NCBI GenBank assembly: GCA_045638285.1
Contig: JAZUBB010000019.1
Coordinates: 43,053-107,052 of the forward strand
Direction of reading: 5' to 3'
DNA from: Alistipes sp.
GTDB taxonomy: Bacteria > Bacteroidota > Bacteroidia > Bacteroidales > Rikenellaceae
Length of the DNA stretch: 64,000 bases
In this document: positions 55,301-64,000 of the stretch, one piece after another
How positions within the stretch are numbered: the stretch's first letter is position 1
How the letters are laid out: the number at the start of each line of letters is the position of its first letter
Translations under genes and position numbers: made by a program
Notes under the pieces: generated by a model
The model's database searches: none
Told to the model about the DNA's origin: nothing
The model's input: only the letters and a program-made list of their open reading frames with translations

Positions 55301-57542
55301 CGCAGTAAATATTGATCGTATTCCAATCCTTCTGTTGGCGGATTGCGTCGAGCTGCTCGCGGAGCAGTGTTCGGGCACGTGTGAACGAGAGCGATGTTTC
55401 GATTTTCAGCAGGAAACCGAGGATATAGACCCCATTGATTCGGTCGACGGGTGGCGACTGCGGTCCGAGCACGCGGCGACCAAACACCTCGCGCAACGAA
55501 ACTCCCAACTGACGCGCCGCCGCACGCAACAACTGAGGGTCGCGGTGGCGCATCGTAACGCTGATCAAATGGGCGTAGGGCGGATAGTGAAACGCTTCAC
55601 GCTCACGCAGTTGCGTATTGACCATCGAGAGGTAATCTCCCTCAGCTGCCTGACGTATTACGGGGTGCAGAGGTTGCGATGTCTGAACCACGACCTCGCC
55701 CACATTTTCGCGGCGACCGGCACGTCCCGCCACCTGCGTGATGAGCTGGAACGCACGCTCCGACGATCGAAAATCGGGATAGTTGAGCAGGTTGTCGGCA
55801 TTGAGAATACCGACCAGACTCACGCGCGAGAAATCGAAACCTTTGGTTATCATTTGCGTTCCGACGAGCAGGTCGGTCGAGCCGCTTTCGAAACGTCTAA
55901 TTATCTCATTGAAAGCTCGTTGCGACGACGCGCTATCACGATCGAGACGGTCGATTCGAGCCTGCGGAAAGATCTTCGAGAGCTCCTCTTCGACCTTCTC
56001 CGTACCGAAACCTCGCAACGTCACATCGGCAACCTTGCACGACGGACAATGTTCGGGAAGTGGCTGAGAATGACCACAATAGTGACAACGCAACGTATTC
56101 GGACGATGAAAAGTGAGCGACACATTGCAGTGCGGGCACTCGACCACACGACCGCAGTCGGTGCACTCGACGTAGGGCGAAAAACCGCGTCGATTTTGGA
56201 ACAACATCGCCTGCTCGCCGCGCTCCAAAACCTCGCCCACGCGATCCAGCAGAGCCTTGTTGAAATGCGCGTGACGCTCGCCACGTTTTGCCGCGCGGAG
56301 CGTATCCGAGATGATGATTCGGGGCATTTGCGCACCACCGTAACGCTCTGTCAATGAGGCGTATCCATACTTACCTCGATGTGCATTCATAAAGCTCTCG
56401 ATCGAGGGCGTCGCGCTACCCATCACCACCCGCGCGTCGTACATCGCCGCCGCCACAACCGCCGTATCGCGGGCATTATAGCGCGGTGCAGGGTCGTTCT
56501 GTTTGTAGCTCGCGTCGTGCTCCTCGTCGATCACCAGCAGGCGCGGGTGCGACAGCGGCAAGAGTAGTGCCGAGCGCGTTCCGACGATCAGCCGACCCGC
56601 CTCCGAACGCAACAGACGCAGGTAGATATCCGTGCGGCGCGTGTCGGTCAGCTTCGAGTGGTACGCCACCACGCGATCGCCAAAATAGCGACGCAAGCGC
56701 GAGATCAACTGCTCGGTCAGCGCGATTTCGGGCACCAACATCACCACATCGTCACCCTCGCGTAACGCCTTATGAATCAAATGAATATATATCTCCGTCT
56801 TGCCCGAACCCGTCACTCCGTGCAGCAGCACGCAACGCTTCTCGGTGTGTTGCTCCTCGATCGAACGCAGAGCCTTCGCCTGTGCCTCGGACAGCGTCGG
56901 CAACGTCGCGCACTCCTCGTCCGAACCAAACGCAGTCTCGCGTTCGCGTTCGTGAAACTCAACTAAACCCTTGTCAGCCAATGCTTTGAGAGCCGCAGTG
57001 TCAGCCTGCAACGTGCGGCAACGCACCTCACCCGCAAACCCCTCATCAGCCACCCGCTCTACAATCTCCAACAGCGCGGCATACTGTTTCGGTGCGCGGC
57101 GCGTCAATCGTTCAAACTGCTCATTCAGAGCCTCTTGCGAGCGCAGTGCAGGAGCTAACGACACCGTTCGCTCCCTCGCCACACGAAATTCGTCCTCGGC
57201 AAACTCCTCGTCGGACATTCCGCTCGGTTTCATCTTCGACGGCAGCGCAGCACGCATCACCTCGCCCACCGTACACATATAATAGTCGGCAATCCACTCC
57301 CACAGACGGCGTTGCTCGGCGGAGAGTAGCGGCTCTTGATAGAGTATTCGCTGGATCGGTTTGGTGCGGAACGGAGGTCGCTCCGAGGTGATCTGCCAAA
57401 CGATACCCGTATAGATTTTACGCGCCCCCAACTGCACCACAACTGCCTGACCCTCACGCAAATGCTCCGCCACTTCACCCTCAGCCGAGAAGGTGAACGA
57501 AGGTTGCGCCAGTGGCAACACGATATGAGCATAGAGGGTCAT
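55284..57542 (-). CDS. priA: Primosomal protein N' (replication restart helicase PriA)
   Basis: Walker A GVTGSGKTE, DEEH box, and a Cys-rich zinc region (CTDCGRVVECPHCNVSLTFH...CHYCGH...CPSC). Confidence 0.93.
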   Translation of the reverse strand: MTLYAHIVLPLAQPSFTFSAEGEVAEHLREGQAVVVQLGARKIYTGIVWQITSERPPFRTKPIQRILYQEPLLSAEQRRLWEWIADYYMCTVGEVMRAALPSKMKPSGMSDEEFAEDEFRVARERTVSLAPALRSQEALNEQFERLTRRAPKQYAALLEIVERVADEGFAGEVRCRTLQADTAALKALADKGLVEFHERERETAFGSDEECATLPTLSEAQAKALRSIEEQHTEKRCVLLHGVTGSGKTEIYIHLIHKALREGDDVVMLVPEIALTEQLISRLRRYFGDRVVAYHSKLTDTRRTDIYLRLLRSEAGRLIVGTRSALLLPLSHPRLLVIDEEHDASYKQNDPAPRYNARDTAVVAAAMYDARVVMGSATPSIESFMNAHRGKYGYASLTERYGGAQMPRIIISDTLRAAKRGERHAHFNKALLDRVGEVLERGEQAMLFQNRRGFSPYVECTDCGRVVECPHCNVSLTFHRPNTLRCHYCGHSQPLPEHCPSCKVADVTLRGFGTEKVEEELSKIFPQARIDRLDRDSASSQRAFNEIIRRFESGSTDLLVGTQMITKGFDFSRVSLVGILNADNLLNYPDFRSSERAFQLITQVAGRAGRRENVGEVVVQTSQPLHPVIRQAAEGDYLSMVNTQLREREAFHYPPYAHLISVTMRHRDPQLLRAAARQLGVSLREVFGRRVLGPQSPPVDRINGVYILGFLLKIETSLSFTRARTLLREQLDAIRQQKDWNTINIYCDVDPQ

Positions 57543-57560
57543 CGGGGCGTGATTTAAGGA

Positions 57561-58775
57561 TTATTTTCGCAACAGAATCGACGAGTCGCCATAGCTCAGG
57601 AAACGGAAATCGTTCGCCAGCGCGTAGTCGTAAATCGCGTGCCAATCGTCGCCCACCAGTGCCGAAACCAGCAACAAAAGGGTCGAGCGCGGCTGGTGGA
57701 AGTTGGTCACCATACCCTCAACAATGCGGAACTGATAGCCGCAGGGCGTGATCATAATCTGCGTCGAGGTTTTCAGTCGGTCGAGCCCCTCGCGCGCCAT
57801 ATACTCAATCAGCGCGTCGAGCAGCTCAGCACCACCCACCTCGGCAGGAATGTCGTACAGCTCCCACTGACCTACGGTGCGCTCGCAATCGGGTGTGCCA
57901 CTGCACTTTACGCGGTAGCCAAGTGCCGCTATCGACTCCAACGTACGCACCGACGTCGTGCCTACGGCGATGATCTTACCGTACTTACGGCGCAGGTTGC
58001 GCAGGGTCGGCAGGTGCACCTCGAAGTGCTCGGTGTGCATCGGGTGATTGGCGGCGTTCTCCTCCTTGACGGGCAGGAACGTACCCGCACCCACGTGCAA
58101 CGTAACCTCCTCAAACTCAACGCCCTCACCCTTCAATTCATCGATCAGCTCGCGTGTGAAGTGGAGCCCTGCGGTCGGTGCCGCCACCGAACCCTCGAAA
58201 CGCGAATAGACCGTCTGGTAGCGCGTGTTGTCGATCTCCTCGCTCTCACGACCCAAGTAAGGCGGAATGGGGATTCGACCCAACTCTTCGAGCAACTGCC
58301 CGAACGTGAGCGGAGCCTCCCAACGGAAACGAACGATACTCTCACGACCCTGATTCTCAACTCGTTCAGCAACCAATCGTGTGGGCTGACCCTCATATTC
58401 GAAGTCGATCAGCAGCTCGCCCTCCTTCCACTTTTTCGAGTTGCCGACAATGCAGCTCCATTCGCACTCGCCACGCACCGCAAAGGCACGTTCGTAGTCG
58501 GCTGGGGCGTGCGGTTCGAGGCAGAAGATCTCGATACGCGCACCCGAAGGTTTGTGCATCACGATACGAGCGCGGATCACCTTCGTGTTGTTGAAGACCA
58601 ACATCGCCCCCTCGGGCAGCACCTCGCCAATGCGGAAGAAACGGCTCTCGGCGATCTCGCCCGCGCGATAGATCAGCAATTTGGAGAGCTGACGCTCGGC
58701 AAGCGGGAATTTGGCGATACGCTCGTCGGGCAGCGGATAGGCGTAATCGTCTATATTTATCTGAAATCTACTCAT
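57561..58775 (-). CDS. queA: S-adenosylmethionine:tRNA ribosyltransferase-isomerase
   Basis: IPIPPYL, VAAPTAGLHFT, GTTSVRTLES and NFHQPRSTLL blocks. Confidence 0.9.
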   Translation of the reverse strand: MSRFQINIDDYAYPLPDERIAKFPLAERQLSKLLIYRAGEIAESRFFRIGEVLPEGAMLVFNNTKVIRARIVMHKPSGARIEIFCLEPHAPADYERAFAVRGECEWSCIVGNSKKWKEGELLIDFEYEGQPTRLVAERVENQGRESIVRFRWEAPLTFGQLLEELGRIPIPPYLGRESEEIDNTRYQTVYSRFEGSVAAPTAGLHFTRELIDELKGEGVEFEEVTLHVGAGTFLPVKEENAANHPMHTEHFEVHLPTLRNLRRKYGKIIAVGTTSVRTLESIAALGYRVKCSGTPDCERTVGQWELYDIPAEVGGAELLDALIEYMAREGLDRLKTSTQIMITPCGYQFRIVEGMVTNFHQPRSTLLLLVSALVGDDWHAIYDYALANDFRFLSYGDSSILLRK

Positions 58776-58904
58776 TTTTCACTGATGAATTACCCTACAA
58801 AAGTACTCAATAATTTGGCGGTCGCACACAATTCTCAAAAAAATTACGCATCTTTGTTGCACTTTGGCGCACCCAAACGTATTACTTATGGACAGAAACT
58901 CAAA

Positions 58905-59402
58905 ATGACCCCAAACGAATTCGACATATTTATCGCTACGTTGCACGATCGTATGTATCGTTTCGCCCGCACGCTCCTCGGAGTGCAGGTCGAAGCGGAG
59001 GACGCGGTAGCCGATGTCGAAGAGCGTTTGTGGCGCCGACACGAGGCGTTGGAGCAACATCGGGGTGCGCACTCGATGGCTATGACGGCGGTACGTAACG
59101 CCTGCCTCGATCGTCTGCGTCGCCAGCGCGAGGAGCTGACCGAGCGACTGCCCGAAACGGCTGCCGAAGACTCTCGGAGCGATGTGCGCGAAGCCGTGCG
59201 CAAGGCTATTGCCCAACTGCCCGACCGTCAACGCGAGGTGATTCATCTGCGCGAAATCGAAGGTTACAACTGTCGTGAAATTGGCGAGATGTTGAACCTC
59301 GATGAGGCCAACGTGCGAATGATCCTCTCGCGTGGTCGCCGACAACTGAAAGAGATAATCGAAAAAACAACCGACTATGGACAAATCTATCGAACGCATT
59401 GA
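58905..59402 (+). CDS. ECF-type RNA polymerase sigma-70 factor
   Basis: 165 aa from MTPNEFD. Region 2-like segment and region 4 HTH (REVIHLREIEGYNCREIGEMLNLDEANVRMILSRGRRQLK). This is the C-terminal part of a long ORF that is otherwise antisense to queA. Confidence 0.82.
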   Translation: MTPNEFDIFIATLHDRMYRFARTLLGVQVEAEDAVADVEERLWRRHEALEQHRGAHSMAMTAVRNACLDRLRRQREELTERLPETAAEDSRSDVREAVRKAIAQLPDRQREVIHLREIEGYNCREIGEMLNLDEANVRMILSRGRRQLKEIIEKTTDYGQIYRTH

Positions 59403-59847
59403 TCTGCTCGTTGAGCGTTGGCTCGATGGCGCGACAACCGACGCCGAGGAGCGCGAACTGCGATCGCTCGTCGAGGCGTGTGGCGAGGCTCTACCCGCCC
59501 GTTTGGGGTGGTTGACGACCACCTTCGAGGGCTACGGAGCATTAGCCGAGGAGCGCAACCCTCAACCCATCAAGCGACCGCTACGTGCTCAGCGTCCGAC
59601 AATGCGCCTCGGACAGCGAATCGTTGCGTGGAGTATGGCGGCGGCTGCGGTGGTGGCGATGATCGTCGCAACGACAATCGACCGCGAACCCTATTGCTAC
59701 ATCAATGGCGTGGCGGTGCACGACGCTCAGATAGCGATGAACGAGACACGCTGTTTCGAACATTTGGCAGAGTTGGATCAGACGATGCAGGTGCTGACCC
59801 TGCTCGAAGACTTTAACCTCGAAAACAACTTAGAAGTAAATAATTAA
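59377..59847 (+). CDS. Putative membrane-anchored anti-sigma factor
   Basis: Overlaps the sigma gene by 26 nt. N-terminal helical segment and a single TM helix (IVAWSMAAAAVVAMIVATTI). Confidence 0.6.
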   Translation: MDKSIERIDLLVERWLDGATTDAEERELRSLVEACGEALPARLGWLTTTFEGYGALAEERNPQPIKRPLRAQRPTMRLGQRIVAWSMAAAAVVAMIVATTIDREPYCYINGVAVHDAQIAMNETRCFEHLAELDQTMQVLTLLEDFNLENNLEVNN

Positions 59848-59872
59848 CCCTTTTTCCAAAACCGATACAACT

Positions 59873-60748
59873 ATGAAACGAATCGTAATTATACTCGCAA
59901 TGATATTTGCCGCTGTCGCAGCCAACGCCCAGCAGCCCAACGAAGAGATTGTTAAAGAGCCTGCGCTCGACGCTACCGCAACCACTGCGCCCACAACCTC
60001 GGCGCCCCTTACCGACAGCACCGACATTGTGCTGCGTGCCGACACCAACACCGCAACCCTCGACTTGGAGGTGGGAGGCTTTGTGATCTCGATCGGTGCG
60101 CCCGAAAAGCCCGAAGGACGCTCCGAGTTCGCCATCGGCGCATATAATATGGATATCGGCACGGTGCGCCTGATCGACGAAGGATATGCGGGTTATTCGG
60201 CTGACGAGCAGGGATTTATGGCGCGTGGTCGCAAGTCGGTACACTTCGCCACTAACATCTTCCGCTACACGCTGCGCCTGAGCGACAGCCGCGTACCGAC
60301 CAAGTGCTACTTTTACACCGGTCTGCGTATCTCGGGTGATAACTACTCGTTGCAGCCCGACCGCACACTCGGCAACGACGCCACGGGACGCGTGGTGCCC
60401 ATCGCCCTCGACCGCGAGTACAAAAAGTCGAAGTTCTATGTCGAGCGCATTGGCGTGCCCATCGGATTCTACGTTTCGCACCGCCCGTCGCGTCTATGGT
60501 TCGATGTGTCGGTGATCAACTCGATCAATTACGCACAACGCACCGTCTATAAGAAACCCAAAGTGCGCAGCAACGCAATCCGAGGTATCAACCCTTATGA
60601 ATGTGCAATTCGCGCGTCGATCAACTTCTATTCGTTCGGATTCTACACCGAGTACTCGTTCACGCCGCTGTTTCGCAAGGGCGTAGGTCCCTCGGGCAAT
60701 ATCTTCTCGCTCGGTGCAACGATCAACGTTGGTGGTGTGAAATTCTAA
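59873..60748 (+). CDS. Putative outer-membrane beta-barrel protein
   Basis: Signal peptide MKRIVIILAMIFAAVAANAQQ, alternating beta pattern and a C-terminal aromatic residue (GATINVGGVKF). Confidence 0.6.
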   Translation: MKRIVIILAMIFAAVAANAQQPNEEIVKEPALDATATTAPTTSAPLTDSTDIVLRADTNTATLDLEVGGFVISIGAPEKPEGRSEFAIGAYNMDIGTVRLIDEGYAGYSADEQGFMARGRKSVHFATNIFRYTLRLSDSRVPTKCYFYTGLRISGDNYSLQPDRTLGNDATGRVVPIALDREYKKSKFYVERIGVPIGFYVSHRPSRLWFDVSVINSINYAQRTVYKKPKVRSNAIRGINPYECAIRASINFYSFGFYTEYSFTPLFRKGVGPSGNIFSLGATINVGGVKF

Positions 60749-60763
60749 ACTATTCGACTCATT

Positions 60764-61231
60764 ATGAAACGTTTACTGCTATTAATAATGTTGTTGTTGC
60801 CGCTCGTCGGTGCGGCACAGGAGGTATTCTACACCTCTTTCTTCAACCGCTACGAGAACAACAAGGAGTTCCGCACCGTGGTGCTCGGACGCAAGATGAT
60901 GGAGATGATGAGCGAGCAGACCTCCGACCGCGAAATGCGTCGCACGTTAGCCGGTATCGAACACATCAAGGTGATCTCGACCTCGACCTACAACAAGCGT
61001 TTCGTTACCGACGCCCAATTTTTGGCCGACCAATTCAAGCTGATCTCGACCGTCAGCGAGGGTGGACGCGAGGTGAGTTTCTACCTCTACACCTCCGAAT
61101 CGCGCTCGGCACTCAACCGCCTGCTGATGCTCTCGTTCAGCGACGATGAGTGGGTTGTGATGGGCATCTACGGCAAGTTCGACGTGCGCAATATCTCGCG
61201 CCTGACCCAAATCCGCCCGAAGACAAAATAG
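60764..61231 (+). CDS. DUF4252 domain-containing protein
   Basis: Signal peptide, about 155 aa, in the typical ECF-sigma neighbourhood of Bacteroidota. The pattern FFNRYENNKEFRTVVLGRKMM...HIKVI fits DUF4252 as I recall it. Confidence 0.65.
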   Translation: MKRLLLLIMLLLPLVGAAQEVFYTSFFNRYENNKEFRTVVLGRKMMEMMSEQTSDREMRRTLAGIEHIKVISTSTYNKRFVTDAQFLADQFKLISTVSEGGREVSFYLYTSESRSALNRLLMLSFSDDEWVVMGIYGKFDVRNISRLTQIRPKTK

Positions 61232-61311
61232 AGCACACCGCAAAACCAGATTCAAGCACACCCCGATGAAAAAAGTTTCACGCGGGTGTGCTTTTTGTGT
61301 TACTATTTTAG

Positions 61312-61319
61312 TATCTTTG
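61312..61319 (+). promoter_or_regulatory. -7 promoter box for nadB
   Basis: TATCTTTG lies 28 nt upstream of the ATG. Confidence 0.5.
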
Positions 61320-61346
61320 TGCAACATATAACTCATACGAACAAGA

Positions 61347-62903
61347 ATGAAAACAGATTTCTTGGTTATCGGCAGTGGCGCAGCGGGTCTTTCGTTCGCA
61401 CTCAAAGCTGCCGAACACGGTCACGTAACGATCGTTACTAAGGGCGAAATGGTCGAGTGTAACACCAATTACGCTCAGGGCGGTATCTGCTCGGTGACCT
61501 ACGAACCCGACACCTTCGAAAAACATATTCACGACACAATGGTCTGTGGCGCAGGTATATGCGACCCCGAAGCTGTCAATCTCGTCGTACGTCGTGCTCC
61601 CGAACTCATAGCCGATCTGATCGCCTGGGGCACTCGTTTCGACAAGACCCCCGACGGTCGTTTCGAACTCAACCGCGAGGGCGGTCACTCCGAGCACCGT
61701 ATCCTCCACCACAAGGACCTGACGGGTGCCGAGATCGAACGTGCCCTAATCGAGAGCGTGCGCCAGCACCCCAATATCACCGTTTTGGAGCACCACTTCG
61801 CTATCGACCTGCTCACCCAACACCACTTGGGTGAGTTCGTTACGCGCCACACACGCGGCTTGGCGTGCTTCGGTGCATACGTGCTCGATATGGATTCGGG
61901 ACGTATCGAAACAATGCTTTCGCGCTTTACGGTCGTAGCTACGGGTGGCTGCGGAAACATCTATGGCACAACGACTAACCCCATCGTAGCAACGGGTGAC
62001 GGCATAGCAATGTGCCACCGCGCCAAGGCGATGATCTCGAATATGGAGTTCATTCAGTTCCACCCCACATCGCTCTACAACCCCGGCGAGCGTCCCTCGT
62101 TCCTGATCACCGAGGCGATGCGTGGTTTCGGCGCGATACTGCGTCTGTCGAATGGCAAGGAGTTTATGGACAAGTACCACCCGATGCGCTCGCTCGCACC
62201 GCGCGACGTGGTAGCACGCGCCATCGACCGCGAAATGAAACGCAATGGCGAAGAGTTTGTATATCTGGACGTTACGCACAAAGATGCCGACTCGATCCGC
62301 AGCCACTTCCCCAATATCTACGAGAAGTGTCTGTCGCTCGGTATCGACATCACCAAAGATTATATCCCCGTCGCTCCCGCAGCGCACTACTGCTGTGGCG
62401 GTGTGAAGGTCGATCTCAATGGTCAGACCTCGATCAAACGACTCTACGCTCTGGGCGAGTGTTCGTGTACGGGTCTGCACGGTGCTAACCGCTTGGCTTC
62501 GAACTCGTTGATCGAGGCTGTGGTCTATGCCGATCAGGCTGCAAAGCACGCCATCGAGCTCTTCGATCGCACCGAGATTCAGGAGGGTATTCCCGATTGG
62601 AACTTCGAGGGTACGTCGAACACCGAGGAGATGTTGCTGATCATTCAGTCGAAACGCGAGATGCAGCAGATTATGTCGAACTACGTCGGTATCGTGCGCT
62701 CGAACCTCTATCTGAAACGCGCAATGCGCCGCTTGGAGATCCTTTGGCACGAGACCGAGGAGCTCTACAACAAGACCACTCCCAACCGCGACCTGTGCGA
62801 GTTGCGCAATATGATCGCCGTTGCCTATTTGGTCATCAAGCAGGGTCGTGACCGCAAAGAGTCGGTCGGCTGCCACTACAATGTCGATTATCCGCAAGAG
62901 TAG
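61347..62903 (+). CDS. nadB: L-aspartate oxidase
   Basis: FAD-binding FLVIGSGAAGLS, YAQGGI, HPTSL and AAHYCCGGV blocks. 518 aa. Confidence 0.93.
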   Translation: MKTDFLVIGSGAAGLSFALKAAEHGHVTIVTKGEMVECNTNYAQGGICSVTYEPDTFEKHIHDTMVCGAGICDPEAVNLVVRRAPELIADLIAWGTRFDKTPDGRFELNREGGHSEHRILHHKDLTGAEIERALIESVRQHPNITVLEHHFAIDLLTQHHLGEFVTRHTRGLACFGAYVLDMDSGRIETMLSRFTVVATGGCGNIYGTTTNPIVATGDGIAMCHRAKAMISNMEFIQFHPTSLYNPGERPSFLITEAMRGFGAILRLSNGKEFMDKYHPMRSLAPRDVVARAIDREMKRNGEEFVYLDVTHKDADSIRSHFPNIYEKCLSLGIDITKDYIPVAPAAHYCCGGVKVDLNGQTSIKRLYALGECSCTGLHGANRLASNSLIEAVVYADQAAKHAIELFDRTEIQEGIPDWNFEGTSNTEEMLLIIQSKREMQQIMSNYVGIVRSNLYLKRAMRRLEILWHETEELYNKTTPNRDLCELRNMIAVAYLVIKQGRDRKESVGCHYNVDYPQE

Positions 62904-62925
62904 GCTTTGTAGGATTCACAATTAG

Positions 62926-62950
62926 AGCCACGCAACCGCGTGGCTTTTTT
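62926..62950 (+). terminator. Intrinsic terminator after nadB
   Basis: AGCCACGC-AACC-GCGTGGCT followed by TTTTTT. Confidence 0.75.
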
Positions 62951-62982
62951 ATTCAAAATTCAAAAAGCAAAATTCAAAATTA
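62951..62982. repeat. 7-bp repeat array immediately after the nadB terminator
   Basis: ATTCAAAATTCAAAAAGCAAAATTCAAAATTA. Confidence 0.85.
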
Positions 62983-63077
62983 TATTTGTCGCAAATAAAC
63001 GCACTCGCCGATAAGCCTTATTTGCGACAAAGAGCAATTTGCAGCGACGAAAAGTAGGGCATATCCAAATTATTTTT

Positions 63078-63085
63078 TAACTTTG
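63078..63085 (+). promoter_or_regulatory. -7 promoter box for pheS
   Basis: TAACTTTG lies 75 nt upstream of the ATG. Confidence 0.4.
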
Positions 63086-63159
63086 TAGCTTGGTAAGGCG
63101 TGCGTACGTGCGCGTACGTGTGCGCAAGAGAGAGAGAAATCACAAAAATTGACAATACA

Positions 63160-64000
63160 ATGGTAGAGAAAATCAACCAACTGATGTCCGAAGTCGAGGC
63201 GTTCGATTCGAAGAATCCCGCTGAGATTGAGGAGTTTAGAATCAAAGTGCTCAGCAAGAAGGGTCTGCTCAACCAACTGATGGAGGAGTTCAAAACCGTG
63301 CCTGCCGAGCAGAAACGCGAGATGGGTCAGAAGATCAACCAGCTCAAAAACTTTGCTCAGGAGCGCATTGCCGCACTCAAAGCTGAGGCTGAGGCAGGTG
63401 CTGCCGACGCGGCGTCGCTCATCGGCGATATGACTCGCCCGGGCACGGCAGAGCAGCTCGGTTCGCGTCACCCCATTTCGCTCGTTCGCAACCAGATCTG
63501 CGACATCTTCTCGCGTTTGGGTTACACCATTGCCGATGGTCCTGAGATTGAGGACGATTGGCACGTATTCTCGTCGCTGAACTTCCCGATGGAGCACCCC
63601 GCACGCGATATGCAGGACACCTTCTTCATCGAGAAAAACTCGGACGAACCCAACCAAAAAGATGTGCTGCTGCGTACCCACACCTCGTCGATTCAGGTGC
63701 GCACGATGGAGCACCAGCGTCCGCCGATTCGCGTTGTTTGCCCCGGTCGTGTGTTCCGTAACGAGGCTATTTCGTACCGCGCACACTGCATTTTCCACCA
63801 GGTCGAGGGTCTTTATATCGACAAGGGTGTCTCGTTTGCCGACCTGAAACAGTCGATCCTCTACTTCGCTAAGGAGATGTTCGGTGAGAACGCAACGATC
63901 CGTATGCGCCCGTCGTACTTCCCCTTCACCGAGCCGTCGGCTGAGGTCGATGTGTCGTGCAACTTGTGCGGCGGCAAGGGCTGCAACGTCTGCAAGGGCA
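63160..64000 (+). CDS. pheS: Phenylalanine--tRNA ligase alpha subunit, N-terminal 280 aa; 3' end outside window
   Basis: Hand translation from the ATG at 63160 gives MVEKINQLMSEVEAF... It includes HPARDMQDTFF, LLRTHTSSIQVR, GRVFRNE and FHQVEG class II motifs. The ORF is open to the window end. Confidence 0.9.
   Translation, partial: MVEKINQLMSEVEAFDSKNPAEIEEFRIKVLSKKGLLNQLMEEFKTVPAEQKREMGQKINQLKNFAQERIAALKAEAEAGAADAASLIGDMTRPGTAEQLGSRHPISLVRNQICDIFSRLGYTIADGPEIEDDWHVFSSLNFPMEHPARDMQDTFFIEKNSDEPNQKDVLLRTHTSSIQVRTMEHQRPPIRVVCPGRVFRNEAISYRAHCIFHQVEGLYIDKGVSFADLKQSILYFAKEMFGENATIRMRPSYFPFTEPSAEVDVSCNLCGGKGCNVCKG

Noticed and set aside
57639-58904. The N-terminal 420 aa of the 587-aa plus-strand ORF that ends at 59402, together with the 390-aa plus ORF at 55185-56357.
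   Set aside because: These parts are antisense to queA and priA. Only the last 165 aa (from the ATG at 58905) form a credible ECF sigma factor.

Overview
High-GC Bacteroidota (probably Bacteroidales) chromosomal segment, about 90% coding. All calls come from reading the supplied translations and the DNA by eye. No database or profile search was run, and self-derived coordinates may be off by 1-2 nt. Lineage evidence: TAnnTTTG promoter boxes, an S46 peptidase, glycine-lipid genes, a GldE-like protein, and DUF4252/DUF3467 proteins. Core content: the 3' part of an M13 peptidase, RNase P RNA, folE, a surface lipoprotein, an MqnA-like protein, corA, rpmH, prfC, an AAE-family transporter, an S46 dipeptidyl-peptidase, maf, lpxB, trmD and rlmD. 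Also present are an EF-G paralog whose switch-II histidine is replaced, the glsB/glsA-like acyltransferase pair, and a complete dcw cluster (rsmH-ftsL-ftsI-murE-mraY-murD-ftsW-murG-murC-ftsQ-ftsA-ftsZ). The window ends with a CNNM/GldE-like protein, a PPTase, comF-priA-queA, an ECF sigma/anti-sigma/OMP/DUF4252 module, nadB and the 5' part of pheS. The one clearly accessory block is a 9.4-kb, 11-gene phage-like operon on the minus strand (5002-14429). It encodes a ClpP-type prohead protease, candidate major capsid and portal proteins, a holin-lysin cassette and six proteins I cannot place. No terminase, integrase, replication, repressor or long-tail gene is visible in any frame. It sits between housekeeping genes, carries two copies of the host intergenic repeat family, and is preceded by a leader with phased direct repeats. 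This is my best candidate for an undescribed system: a domesticated capsid-forming, GTA-like or satellite-like element. The intergenic DNA is also unusual. It holds a family of GC-rich nested palindromes with compensatory stem changes, a roughly 94-bp second repeat family, and at least 17 tandem arrays of a 7-bp unit (AATTCAA/AAAGCAA) placed next to gene ends.
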